Assembly (NCBI GenBank): GCA_038321545.1
Contig: JBBQFB010000001.1
Location: forward strand, 5,239 to 69,238
DNA from: Gaiellales bacterium
GTDB lineage: Bacteria; Actinomycetota; Thermoleophilia; Gaiellales; F1-60-MAGs149
Direction: 5' to 3'
Length of the DNA stretch: 64,000 nucleotides
In this document: piece by piece, positions 1-8,834 of the stretch
Layout of the letters: every line of letters begins with the position of its first letter
Position numbering within the stretch: position 1 is the stretch's first letter
The notes under the pieces: model-generated
Seen by the model: only the letters and a program-made list of their open reading frames with translations
What the model was told of the DNA's origin: nothing
Databases searched by the model: none
Program-made: the position numbers and the translations under genes

Positions 1-2
1 TG

Positions 3-428
3 ACGTTCGACCCGCCACCCGGCGACGGCTCGGAGAACGACGACCAGGCGCAGCAGGCGATCGACGGCGACGCGGCGACCTTCTGGGAGACCGAGCTGTA
101 CCGCTCCGACCCCGTGCTGTCGAAGGGCGGAGTCGGTCTCGTGCTTGCCCTGCCGCAGCGCGAGCAGGTCGCCGCCGTCGACCTCCGCACGCCGGCGCCC
201 GGGTTCACGACGGCGATCTACACATCGGCCGTGGCCGCGCCGCCCGACGCCCTGGACGGCTGGGACATCGCCGCCCCGGGGCGCGAGATCTCGAAGACGC
301 GCCAGCGCATCGAGTTCGCCAAGCCCGTCCGTGCCCGCTTCGTCCTGATCTGGATCACGCGCCTGGCACCGGCCGAAGGATCGGGCTTCTCGGCCCGGAT
401 CGCCGAGGCCCAGGTGCTCGGATCGTGA
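3..428 (+). CDS. 3' fragment of a gene cut by the window edge; C-terminal discoidin (F5/8 type C)-like domain, parent protein unknown
   Basis: Frame of track ORF 114..428 stays open back to nt 3 (..AIDGDAATFWETELYRSDP..); stop TGA 426-428; GC-rich third positions. Confidence 0.5.
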   Translation, partial: TFDPPPGDGSENDDQAQQAIDGDAATFWETELYRSDPVLSKGGVGLVLALPQREQVAAVDLRTPAPGFTTAIYTSAVAAPPDALDGWDIAAPGREISKTRQRIEFAKPVRARFVLIWITRLAPAEGSGFSARIAEAQVLGS

Positions 429-442
429 CGTAGACTCGCTCT

Positions 443-1696
443 ATGGCTGCTGTCGGAGACGATCTCGCAGTTCGCGGGCGCGCGGCGCAGCGCACGCTGG
501 CGCAGCTCGGTCGCGACCGCAAGGACGCGGCGCTGCACGCGATCGCCGACGCCATCCTGACGCGTCGCGCGGAGATCCTCGCTGCCAACGGCGGCGACGT
601 CGAGCAGGGCCGCGGCGACGGCCTCTCGATCGCGCTGCTCGACCGGCTGAAGCTCGACGACGCGCGCATCGATGCGCTCGCCGACGCCGCCCGCGCAATC
701 GCGGCGCTGCCCGACCCGTGCGGCGAGGTGGAGGCCGGCTGGCGCCTCGGCAACGACCTCGACGTGACCCGAGTGCGCGTGCCGCTGGGCCGCGTGCTGG
801 TGGTGTACGAGGCGCGGCCGAACGTCACCATCGACGTCGCCGCCCTCTGTCTGAAGAGCGGTAACGTCGCGATCCTGCGCGGATCGCGATCGGCGAACGC
901 CACCAACGCGGCGCTGCTCGCCGCGGTGCACGAGGGGCTCGACGCGTGCGACCTGCCGCGCGATATCGTGATCTCCGTCATCGCCTCCCACGACGAGCTG
1001 GCGATGCTCGTCGCCGACGCGTGCAACGCCGACGTCGTGATCCCGCGCGGCGGCGAGGCCCTGAAGGACTTCCTGCTCGAGCACGCCCGGATCCCGGTGC
1101 TCGCCGCAGCCGGCGGCAACTGCCACGTCTACGTCGACGCCAGCGCCGATCCCGCGATGGCCGAGCGGATCGCCGTAAACGCCAAGACCCAGCGCCCAGG
1201 CGTGTGCAACGCGGCCGAGACGCTGCTCGTGCACGCCGACGCGGCGCCCGCCGTGCTGCCGCGCACGCTCGCCGAGCTGCATCGTCGCGGCGTCGAGCTG
1301 CGCGGCTGTGACCGCACGCGGGCCCTGGCGGGGTCGACGCCGGTCGTACCGGCCGACGAGGACGACTACGCGACCGAGTTCCTCGACCTGGTGCTGGCCG
1401 TCCGCGTCGTCGACTCGCTCGACGACGCGATCGACCACATCGCCCGCTACGCGACTGGTCACTCCGAGGCGATCGTGACGGCGTCGCTGCACGCGGCCGA
1501 GCGATTCACGCGCGAGGTTGACTCGGCCTGCGTCTACGTCAACGCGTCCACCCGGTTCACCGACGGCGGCGAGTTCGGGTTCGGCGCCGAGATCGGCAAC
1601 TCCACGTCACGCCTGCACGTTCGCGGGCCGATCGGCCTGCGCGACCTGACGACCATGAAGTACGTGGTGCGCGGCGACGGCCAGGTCCGCGGATAG
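443..1696 (+). CDS. proA: gamma-glutamyl phosphate reductase
   Basis: 417 aa; typical ProA length and C-terminal block VYVNASTRFTDGGEFGFGAEIGNSTSRLHVRGPIGL. Confidence 0.92.
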   Translation: MAAVGDDLAVRGRAAQRTLAQLGRDRKDAALHAIADAILTRRAEILAANGGDVEQGRGDGLSIALLDRLKLDDARIDALADAARAIAALPDPCGEVEAGWRLGNDLDVTRVRVPLGRVLVVYEARPNVTIDVAALCLKSGNVAILRGSRSANATNAALLAAVHEGLDACDLPRDIVISVIASHDELAMLVADACNADVVIPRGGEALKDFLLEHARIPVLAAAGGNCHVYVDASADPAMAERIAVNAKTQRPGVCNAAETLLVHADAAPAVLPRTLAELHRRGVELRGCDRTRALAGSTPVVPADEDDYATEFLDLVLAVRVVDSLDDAIDHIARYATGHSEAIVTASLHAAERFTREVDSACVYVNASTRFTDGGEFGFGAEIGNSTSRLHVRGPIGLRDLTTMKYVVRGDGQVRG

Positions 1697-1789
1697 GCGT
1701 ATTTTTCGCGTCGGCTGGAGGATCTCTCCAGCGTAACCTGCTGGATTCTGTTCAACCCTTGCAACATTCGTGCCGATGTAGGAGTCAGA

Positions 1790-2113
1790 GTGACCGCGTT
1801 CCCGCATCTCGCCGGCCGCGCCCTCGACCGGCGCCGCCCGGCCTGGCCGGCCCTCGCTCGGCTGACCGATGACCGAGGCGAGCACACCGTGTCGATCCGA
1901 GACGTGTCGGAGGCCGGCCTGTCCCTGTTCGCCGACGGTCGCGCCGGTGACGCGCTCGGCGTCGTGCTGCTGGCCCGTGACGGCTCGGCGCTCGGGGAGC
2001 CGCTGCCGGCGACCGTCGTCTACGTCGACCGCGGCGAGGCGGGCAACGTCATGGGGATCACGTTCGCCGATCCCGGTTCCGCCGCCGTCGCCCTCCGTCA
2101 ACTCGCCGCCTGA
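1790..2113 (+). CDS. PilZ domain protein (single-domain c-di-GMP receptor candidate)
   Basis: 107 aa; RRRPAWPA (RxxxR) followed about 25 aa later by DVSEAGLSL (DxSxxG); GTG start with AGGAG 6 nt upstream. Confidence 0.7.
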   Translation: MTAFPHLAGRALDRRRPAWPALARLTDDRGEHTVSIRDVSEAGLSLFADGRAGDALGVVLLARDGSALGEPLPATVVYVDRGEAGNVMGITFADPGSAAVALRQLAA

Positions 2114-2122
2114 GAGACGCCC

Positions 2123-2701
2123 ATGGCCCCCGTGTTCCCGCAGATCGGTGAAACGCTCGCCCTGAGGGTCGGAGACGACACCGAGCTCGTCGTCCGCGTC
2201 GCGCACGCGGCTCGCAACCAGATGACGGTGACTCCGGCCATTCCGGCCGCCACCGGCGAGGCCATCGAGGCGGCGTTCGTCGCTGCGGACGGCACCGGGT
2301 ATCGCGTCCGCGGACACGTCGTCCACCGTGAGATCCATGAAACGAGGATCGAGGTCGGAGGCGTGACGCCGCTGGCAGGACGGTTCCTGCGACGCTTCGC
2401 GCCCGATCGTCCGCTGCTCGCCGACCTCGCGATCCGCGACGACGCGGGGATCATCTACCGCACGGTGCAGGGCCGCGTGCGCGACGTCGCGCTGGCCGGC
2501 GCCGGCATCGCGGTGGACGGTCTCATGCAGGGCGACCAGGTGCTCGTCACGCTGACCGACCTGAACGGCGTGCGGGTGGTGTCGGAGGTTGCGGCCAGCG
2601 TCGTGCACGTTGCCGCCGGCGTCGTCGGCGTGGCGTTTGCCGAGCCGTACGACGCGGCGCCGGCCATGGCCGCTCTGGCGTCTACGGCTCGAGCCGCCTG
2701 A
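2123..2701 (+). CDS. two-domain PilZ-like protein (YcgR-like architecture) with degenerate RxxxR motif
   Basis: 192 aa; C-terminal half has RRFAPDR then RDVALAGAGI (DxAxxG); N-terminal beta-rich half. Confidence 0.55.
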   Translation: MAPVFPQIGETLALRVGDDTELVVRVAHAARNQMTVTPAIPAATGEAIEAAFVAADGTGYRVRGHVVHREIHETRIEVGGVTPLAGRFLRRFAPDRPLLADLAIRDDAGIIYRTVQGRVRDVALAGAGIAVDGLMQGDQVLVTLTDLNGVRVVSEVAASVVHVAAGVVGVAFAEPYDAAPAMAALASTARAA

Positions 2702-3926
2702 GCAGCGTGCAGCCGTTGTGGCCGCCCAGGCCCATCGAGTTGGAGAGCGCGTACTCGAGGTCGTCGATCTTCCGGGCGCCCTCGGAGACGTAGTCGAGGT
2801 CGCAGGCCGGATCCGCCTCGCGGAGGTTGATCGTCGGCGGGATGATGCCGTCGCGCAGTGCGAGCGCGCAGACGGCGGTCTCGAGCGCTCCGGCCGCACC
2901 CAGCAGGTGGCCGGTCATGCTCTTCGTCGACGACACCGGCAGCTTCGCCGCGTGCTCGCCGAACACCGCATGGATGGCCGCGGTCTCGGCGGGATCGTTG
3001 AGCGGCGTCGACGTGCCGTGCGCGTTCACATAGGACACGCGCTCCGGCTCGAGCCCGGCCCGGCCGAGCACGGCGCGCATCATCTCGATCACGCCGATAC
3101 CCTCGGGATGCGGCGCGGCGATGTGGTACGCGTCGTTGGACGCGCCGTACCCGACCAGCTCGGCGATCGGCTCGGCGCCCCGGTTGATGGCGTCGGCGAG
3201 CCGCTCGAGCACGAGCACCACCGCGCCCTCGCCGATCACGAACCCGTCGCGCGTCACGTCGAACGGGCGTGACGCCGTCGTCACCGGCTCGCCAGGGCGT
3301 GGCTTGCCGAGCGCCTTCATGACGGTGAACCCGGCCAGCAGCACTTCGATCACGCCCGCGTCGGCGCCGCCTGCGAGCACCACGTCCGCCTCGCCGCGGC
3401 GCAGCATCTCTCCCGCCACACCGATCGCGTGGGCGCCGGTGGCGCAGGCCGAGACGACCGCGAAGTTGGGACCGCGGAGACCGAGGCCGGTCGCGATGTA
3501 GCTGGTCGGCGTGTCGACGAGGAAGTTCGGCAGGAAGTGCGGCGACAGCCGGTCGGGCCGCTCCGCCAAGATCGCCGCCTGCTCGATGACCGTCTGCATG
3601 CCGCCGACGGCGGTCCCGAACACGACGCCGGCGCGGGACGGGTTGACGGCGGGCGCTCCGGCGTTCTCCCACGCCTCGCGGGCGGCGGCCAGCGAGAGGG
3701 CGGAAACGCGGTCCATCTTGCGGGCCTCGCGACGGCCGAAGCGCTCCTCGGCGTCGAAGCCTTTCACCTCGGCCGCGACCTCGCAGCCGATCCGGGACGG
3801 GTCGAAGAGCGTGACGGGGCCGAGGCCACTGGTGCCCGCGATGAGCGAGTCCCACGTCTCCGTGATCGTCGTTCCGACGGGCGTGAGCGCCCCGATGCCC
3901 GTGATGACGATCTGATGCGGATCCAC
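2682..3926 (-). CDS. fabF: beta-ketoacyl-ACP synthase II
   Basis: Track ORF 2682..4058 trimmed to in-frame GTG at 3926 (VDPHQIVITGIGALTPVG..); KAS II blocks incl. VSACATGAHAIG, NAHGTSTPLND, GHLLGAAG. Confidence 0.85.
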   Translation of the reverse strand: MDPHQIVITGIGALTPVGTTITETWDSLIAGTSGLGPVTLFDPSRIGCEVAAEVKGFDAEERFGRREARKMDRVSALSLAAAREAWENAGAPAVNPSRAGVVFGTAVGGMQTVIEQAAILAERPDRLSPHFLPNFLVDTPTSYIATGLGLRGPNFAVVSACATGAHAIGVAGEMLRRGEADVVLAGGADAGVIEVLLAGFTVMKALGKPRPGEPVTTASRPFDVTRDGFVIGEGAVVLVLERLADAINRGAEPIAELVGYGASNDAYHIAAPHPEGIGVIEMMRAVLGRAGLEPERVSYVNAHGTSTPLNDPAETAAIHAVFGEHAAKLPVSSTKSMTGHLLGAAGALETAVCALALRDGIIPPTINLREADPACDLDYVSEGARKIDDLEYALSNSMGLGGHNGCTLLRRLEP

Positions 3927-3952
3927 GCGGGCTTGATGGTAGCGTCCCGGCC

Positions 3953-5032
3953 ATGTTGCCGTCCCCCCGGTCGTTCCTGGACGACCTTCTGCGCGCACAC
4001 GCCCCATCGGGTCACGAGGAGCCGGCAGCCGCTGTCTGGCGTGACTACGCACGCCCATTCGCCCGCGTCTCCGGCGACGTGCTCGGCAGCTCGTACGCCC
4101 GTGTGGGCCCCGAATCCGGCCCGCCCGTGCTGCTGCTCGGGCACCTCGACGAGATCGGTCTGATCGTCACTCACGTCGAGCGCGACGACGCCGACTACGA
4201 CGGCCTGGTGCGCGTGCGGACGCTGGGAACGTGGGACGCGCAGGTGCTCGTCGGGCAACACGTGACCGTCCGGACGCGCTCCGGCGACGTGCACGGAGTG
4301 GTCGGCAAGGGGCCCCGGCACCTGATGACCGACAGCGAGCTGGGACGGGCGTCGACCATCGAGGACCTGTGGGTCGATATCGGCGCGCTCGACACCGCCG
4401 ACGCCCTCTCCATGGTCGAGATCGGTGATCCGATCGTGGTCGACCGGCCGCCCGCGGAGCTCGCGAACGGGCGGCTCGCCTCGAAGGCGCTCGACAACCG
4501 TACCGGTGCCTGGGTCGTGCTCGAGGCGGCGCGGCGCGCGGCAACGGCCGGCTCGCTGCAGGTGCCGCTGGTGGCGGGCGCGCCAACCATCGAGGAGACG
4601 CTCGGCGATGGAGCGCGGGCGATGGCGCACACGATCGCGCCGGCCGTCGCGATCGTCGTCGACGTGACGCATGCGAGCGATATCCCCGGCCTCGATCGCG
4701 GCGGCACCGGCCGGATCCGGCTCGGCCACGGCCCGGTCCTGACGCGCGGCCTCGGCCTGCATCCCGGCCTCGAGGCCCGGCTGGAGGAGGCGGCGCGCGC
4801 CGCCGACATCCCCTGGCAGATGGAGGCTATGCACGTCACCTCGAGCACCTACACCGACGTCGACGGGGCGCTGGCCGCGCTCACGGGCACCGCGGCCGCC
4901 CTCGTCTCGATCCCGCTCCGGCACATGCACTCGCCGGCGGAGGTCTGCTCGCTGGACGACCTCGAACACGCGGCCGAGCTGATCGCGCGGTTCTGCCTGA
5001 CGCTGACGCCGGAGGACTCTTGGGACCGCTGA
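3953..5032 (+). CDS. M42 family aminopeptidase (FrvX/glutamyl aminopeptidase-like)
   Basis: 359 aa; ..APSGHEE.., GHLDEIGLIVTHV and overall M42 layout. Confidence 0.85.
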   Translation: MLPSPRSFLDDLLRAHAPSGHEEPAAAVWRDYARPFARVSGDVLGSSYARVGPESGPPVLLLGHLDEIGLIVTHVERDDADYDGLVRVRTLGTWDAQVLVGQHVTVRTRSGDVHGVVGKGPRHLMTDSELGRASTIEDLWVDIGALDTADALSMVEIGDPIVVDRPPAELANGRLASKALDNRTGAWVVLEAARRAATAGSLQVPLVAGAPTIEETLGDGARAMAHTIAPAVAIVVDVTHASDIPGLDRGGTGRIRLGHGPVLTRGLGLHPGLEARLEEAARAADIPWQMEAMHVTSSTYTDVDGALAALTGTAAALVSIPLRHMHSPAEVCSLDDLEHAAELIARFCLTLTPEDSWDR

Positions 5033-5733
5033 GGCTCTCGCTGACTGCGCTCTGCGCGGCGCTCGCACTCGCAGCCTGCGGCGGCAGCGACGATGGCGCG
5101 GCGACCAGCGCGCCGGCCGCGAACGGCGACGCCGCGACGACGGCCGAGGTCGCACCCACCGACGCCGCAACGACGGGGGGCGCGGGCGGTACGGCGTGCC
5201 AGAGCGGCGAGCCGCCGCTGGTGAACCCGAAGACGTACAAGGCGCCCCCGAAGGCGCCGGCGGGCGACATGCTGACGATGAAGACGTCCTGCAGCACGAT
5301 CACGTTCCAGCTGGATCGCGACCTCGGCGGTGAGGTCGCCGACGCCGTCGCCGGCCTCGCGGCCGACGGGTTCTACGACGGGCTCACGTTCCACCGCGTG
5401 GTGCCCGACTTCGTGCTGCAGGGTGGCGATCCGGACGGCACCGGTGCCGGCGGCCCCGGCTTCTCGACCGTCAAGGCCCCACCGGACGGCTACGCCTACG
5501 CCGTCGGCGACCTCGCAATGGCAAAGACGCAGGACGAGGCACCCGGCACCGGGGGCTCGCAGTTCTTCGTGATCTCCGGCGCCCAGGGCCAGCAGTTGCC
5601 GCCCGACTACGCCGTCATCGGGCATGCGACCGATCCCGGCTCGCTCGCCACGATCGGCCACATCGCGGCGCTCGCAGTCGAGGACGGCCCGCCGTCGCAG
5701 CCGGTCTGGATCGTCAAGGCGACCGTGTCGTGA
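5020..5733 (+). CDS. cyclophilin-type peptidyl-prolyl cis-trans isomerase, lipoprotein
   Basis: TTG start after GGAGG; lipobox LALAAC; FHRVVPDFVLQGGDPDGTGAGGPGF, GSQFFV. Confidence 0.85.
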   Translation: MGPLRLSLTALCAALALAACGGSDDGAATSAPAANGDAATTAEVAPTDAATTGGAGGTACQSGEPPLVNPKTYKAPPKAPAGDMLTMKTSCSTITFQLDRDLGGEVADAVAGLAADGFYDGLTFHRVVPDFVLQGGDPDGTGAGGPGFSTVKAPPDGYAYAVGDLAMAKTQDEAPGTGGSQFFVISGAQGQQLPPDYAVIGHATDPGSLATIGHIAALAVEDGPPSQPVWIVKATVS

Positions 5734-5772
5734 GCTAGTGCTCCGCAGCCCGCGGACTTCCGACGCGGGACA

Positions 5773-6588
5773 TCAACCGCCCGCGACGTCGCGACGCTGG
5801 AAGACGATGTACGCGAGCGCCAGGGCCGGGACGGCGTAGAGCGGGCACACCCAGGCGGCGTGGACGATGGGAGCCGTGTCGATCGGTTCGCGCAGCAGGC
5901 CCTGCCAGGCGTCGAACTGGCTCGTCAACAGGTACGGGCGCACGCCGCCGAATCCGGGGAGCACGCCGACCAGCTGCATCAGCAGCGAGAGCATCAGCGT
6001 CCCGACCACCGCGCCCGCCGAGTTGCGGGTCAGCGTCGAGAGCATCACGCCGAGGGCCACGACCGAGACCAGCGGCATCAGGTAGACCGCCAGGCTGACG
6101 AAGACGAGCAGCGTGGCGCGGGTGGCGCTGACCTCGGTTCCGGTCAGCGTCTTCAGCGGATTGAACCCCGACTGGATGCTGCCGGCGACGATCGCCGTCG
6201 TGACCATCAGCGTGATCGCCAGGATGGAGTAGGCGGCGGCGACGAGCACCTTGCCGGCGAACACCTGGCCACGGTTGATGGAGCGCGTCAGGATCGTCTT
6301 CAGCGTCCCGTTCTGGTCCTCGGAGGCGACGATGTCGCCAGCCACCAGCGCAGCGATCAGCGGGAACAGCCAGATCGACCCGAACACCAGCATCAGCAGC
6401 GGGATGGCGAGGCCGCTCGACCGCACGGACGCGCCGAACGGCTCGTCGGTGGGGGCGCCGTTCTGCACCGCGAGCGCGCCGACGAACAGCAGCGGGGCGC
6501 CGATCGCGGCGGCGAGGCCCAGGTAGGTTCGCTTCTGGGACACGAGCTTGCGTGCCTCCCAGCGGCTGACAGTGAGCACTCCGGGCAT
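5773..6588 (-). CDS. ABC-2 type transporter permease
   Basis: 271 aa, about six hydrophobic segments; 1-nt start/stop overlap with upstream ATPase gene. Confidence 0.75.
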   Translation of the reverse strand: MPGVLTVSRWEARKLVSQKRTYLGLAAAIGAPLLFVGALAVQNGAPTDEPFGASVRSSGLAIPLLMLVFGSIWLFPLIAALVAGDIVASEDQNGTLKTILTRSINRGQVFAGKVLVAAAYSILAITLMVTTAIVAGSIQSGFNPLKTLTGTEVSATRATLLVFVSLAVYLMPLVSVVALGVMLSTLTRNSAGAVVGTLMLSLLMQLVGVLPGFGGVRPYLLTSQFDAWQGLLREPIDTAPIVHAAWVCPLYAVPALALAYIVFQRRDVAGG

Positions 6589-7559
6589 CAGACGGCCTCC
6601 AACGCCGGCTCGCCGACCGGCGGATCGGTGGTGGCCGAAGCGAGACCATCACCCTCGGTGATGGCGAAGAACAGCTCTTCGAGCGTCGCCGTGACAGGAA
6701 CCAGCGAGCGCAGCGCGATGCCCTCGCCGGCCAGGGCCAGCGACAGCTCCTCGACCGCTCGCGGCTCGGTGGCGACGAACGCGACGTGATCGGCGAGCCG
6801 CACGACATCGCGAACGCCGCGGCGCCCGGCCGCGAAGGCCGCGGCGCGGTCGTCGTCGGCGGTTGTCATGCGGTACCGGCCGGCGGCGCTCGCGAGCAGG
6901 TCGGCGAGCGGGCCCTGGTACACCATCCGGCCCCGCTGGACGATGCCGACGGCGTTGCACAGCTCCTGCACCTCGTCCATCAGGTGGCTCGACAACAGGA
7001 CGGTCATCCCGTCGTCGGCGAGCCGGCGGATGAGCAGGCGCATGTCGCGCATGCCCGCCGGATCGAGTCCCGTGGCCGGCTCGTCGAGCAGGAGCAGCCG
7101 CGGTGCGCGCAGCAGCGCGCCTGCGATGCCGAGGCGCTGGCGCATGCCGTGCGAGTACCCGCCGACGCGGTCACCCGCGCGGTCGGCGAGCTCGACGGTG
7201 TCGAGCGCGGCATCGATGCGACCGGCGGCCCCGTCACCGTCGAACGCGGCGACCAGCTCGAGGTTCTTCCGGCCGGTGAGATAGGGATAGAACCGCGGCG
7301 CCTCGACGAATCCCGCCACGCCGTCCAGCGCTGCGGCGCCCTCCGCGAGCGGATCGCGCCCGAACAGCCGGGCGGTGCCGGCGGTCGGGCGGATCAAGCC
7401 GAGCAGCATCCGCAGTGACGTCGTCTTTCCTGCGCCGTTCGGACCCAGGTAGCCGTAGACGTCGCCGGGCTGGACGACCAGGTCGATCTCGTCGACCGCT
7501 CGCAGCTCGCCGTAGACCTTGGTGAGTCCGCGGGCCTCGACCGGGAGCGCGTCCGCCAT
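6588..7559 (-). CDS. ABC transporter ATP-binding protein
   Basis: Walker A GPNGAGKTT, signature-like YSHGMRQRL, Walker B LLLLDEP. Confidence 0.9.
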   Translation of the reverse strand: MADALPVEARGLTKVYGELRAVDEIDLVVQPGDVYGYLGPNGAGKTTSLRMLLGLIRPTAGTARLFGRDPLAEGAAALDGVAGFVEAPRFYPYLTGRKNLELVAAFDGDGAAGRIDAALDTVELADRAGDRVGGYSHGMRQRLGIAGALLRAPRLLLLDEPATGLDPAGMRDMRLLIRRLADDGMTVLLSSHLMDEVQELCNAVGIVQRGRMVYQGPLADLLASAAGRYRMTTADDDRAAAFAAGRRGVRDVVRLADHVAFVATEPRAVEELSLALAGEGIALRSLVPVTATLEELFFAITEGDGLASATTDPPVGEPALEAV

Positions 7560-8749
7560 CAGGACACGGCGTCCCGCGCCGCGGCCTCGGCGGCAGCCGC
7601 CGGAACCGAGCCGATCACGGTGTAGGCGACGCCGCCCTTGGCGACGCGGACGATGCTGCCGAGCGCCGTCGAGAGCTCGGTGCCAGAGGCACCGCCGATC
7701 GACACCGTGGGCAGGTCGAGACCTCCCGGCGCCTTGGCCGCCGCCGGATCGGCCTTCTGCTCGAGCACGACGATCGATCCCAGCCCGTGGCCGTAGACGA
7801 GCAGCGCACCGGTTTCGCCGTTTCTGCCGCCGACGCTGCGCAGCGTCGTGCGCTGGAGGCCGGCGACGCTGGCCGGGGCGTGCAGCGGGAAGGCGAGCTT
7901 CGCCTGCACCTGGGCCGGCGTCTCCGCCACGTCCTGCGCACCGCCGTCGGTGCCGGCCTTGTGATCACCGGCCAGCTGGGCCAGATCGACGGTCTGCACC
8001 TTCGCGCCCGCCGGCAGCCCCACGGCGAGATCGCCCGCAGAGATCGTGCCGTACGAGATGTCGGTCGCCGCAATCTCCAGCGTCGGCTGCGACGCGCCGC
8101 GGGCGTAGACGCCGATGCTCAACGGCACGCCGCGGACGGCATCCCAGGCGAGGGCGACCGCGCCGACCAGCCCGCCGTTAGCGGCCGGGCCGACCCGCAC
8201 CTCGTAGGCCGGCCGTCCCGCGACGGTGGTGGGCGTGGCGTTCGACACCAGTGCCTGGCCGGCGACGCGGTCGAGCACCTTCTGGATGTCGGCGGCGGTC
8301 GGCACCGCGTCCTTCGGAGCTGCGACGTCCGGCTTCCGCGCCGGGAGCACGAACCGGTAGACGGTGCTGGTCGCCGGCTGGGTGACCGTCACCGACGAGC
8401 CGTCGCCCACGATCTGGGCGTCCCCGGAGGGCGACTGGATCTCGAGGCGGAAGCGCCCGTCGCCGGACGCCCACAACCGCCCGCTGCCGCCCGCCACCAG
8501 TGGCGAGCCGCCGCCGACGATGCTCGTGTCGATCAGCTTGTTGGTGAACGTGATACGGGCCGTCACGCCGGGCACCGCGGGCGCCGCCGCGGCGTCGGCG
8601 AGGGCCTGCGCGAGCGGCTTCGGCGGGGGTTTCGCGGTGGACGCGGACAGGGTGCCGGCCGCGACGGCGACGGATGCCGCACCGACCGCCACCACTGCGG
8701 TCGCGGCGGCGATCAGGCGGCTGGTGGATGTCTGACGGACGAAGCTCAC
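7559..8749 (-). CDS. secreted LolA/RseB-like protein with DUF4367-like C-terminal half
   Basis: 396 aa; N-terminal signal/anchor (LIAAATAVVAVGAASVAVAAG), GRLWASGDGRFRLEIQS block typical of LolA-fold proteins; GTG start with GGAGG 6 nt upstream. Confidence 0.6.
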   Translation of the reverse strand: MSFVRQTSTSRLIAAATAVVAVGAASVAVAAGTLSASTAKPPPKPLAQALADAAAAPAVPGVTARITFTNKLIDTSIVGGGSPLVAGGSGRLWASGDGRFRLEIQSPSGDAQIVGDGSSVTVTQPATSTVYRFVLPARKPDVAAPKDAVPTAADIQKVLDRVAGQALVSNATPTTVAGRPAYEVRVGPAANGGLVGAVALAWDAVRGVPLSIGVYARGASQPTLEIAATDISYGTISAGDLAVGLPAGAKVQTVDLAQLAGDHKAGTDGGAQDVAETPAQVQAKLAFPLHAPASVAGLQRTTLRSVGGRNGETGALLVYGHGLGSIVVLEQKADPAAAKAPGGLDLPTVSIGGASGTELSTALGSIVRVAKGGVAYTVIGSVPAAAAEAAARDAVS

Positions 8750-8814
8750 GATGGCCTCCGGGTACGGTCGCTACGGACGGCCGCTGGCAGCCGCACCCGG
8801 GTTGTATCCGGCAA

Positions 8815-8833
8815 CCTTGAGAGCGCCTTGAGA
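8815..8833 (-). promoter_or_regulatory. direct repeat CCTTGAGA-N3-CCTTGAGA (11-bp phasing), candidate OmpR-family response-regulator site upstream of the LolA-like/ABC operon
   Basis: Exact 8-mers at 8815-8822 and 8826-8833, in the 85-bp gap between the kinase stop (8835) and the LolA-like start (8749). Confidence 0.4.
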
Positions 8834-8834
8834 A

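Noticed and set aside
218-1492. 424-aa minus-strand ORF antisense to proA
   Set aside because: The translation is Arg/Gly/Asp/Val-rich with no motif, typical of the antisense frame of GC-rich coding DNA. The plus-strand proA call is unambiguous.
1714-1732. Hairpin GCTGGAG-gatct-CTCCAGC after proA as an intrinsic terminator
   Set aside because: There is no U-tract downstream, and the T-run (1702-1706) precedes the stem. It may still be a structure in the PilZ 5' region, but I cannot support a terminator call.
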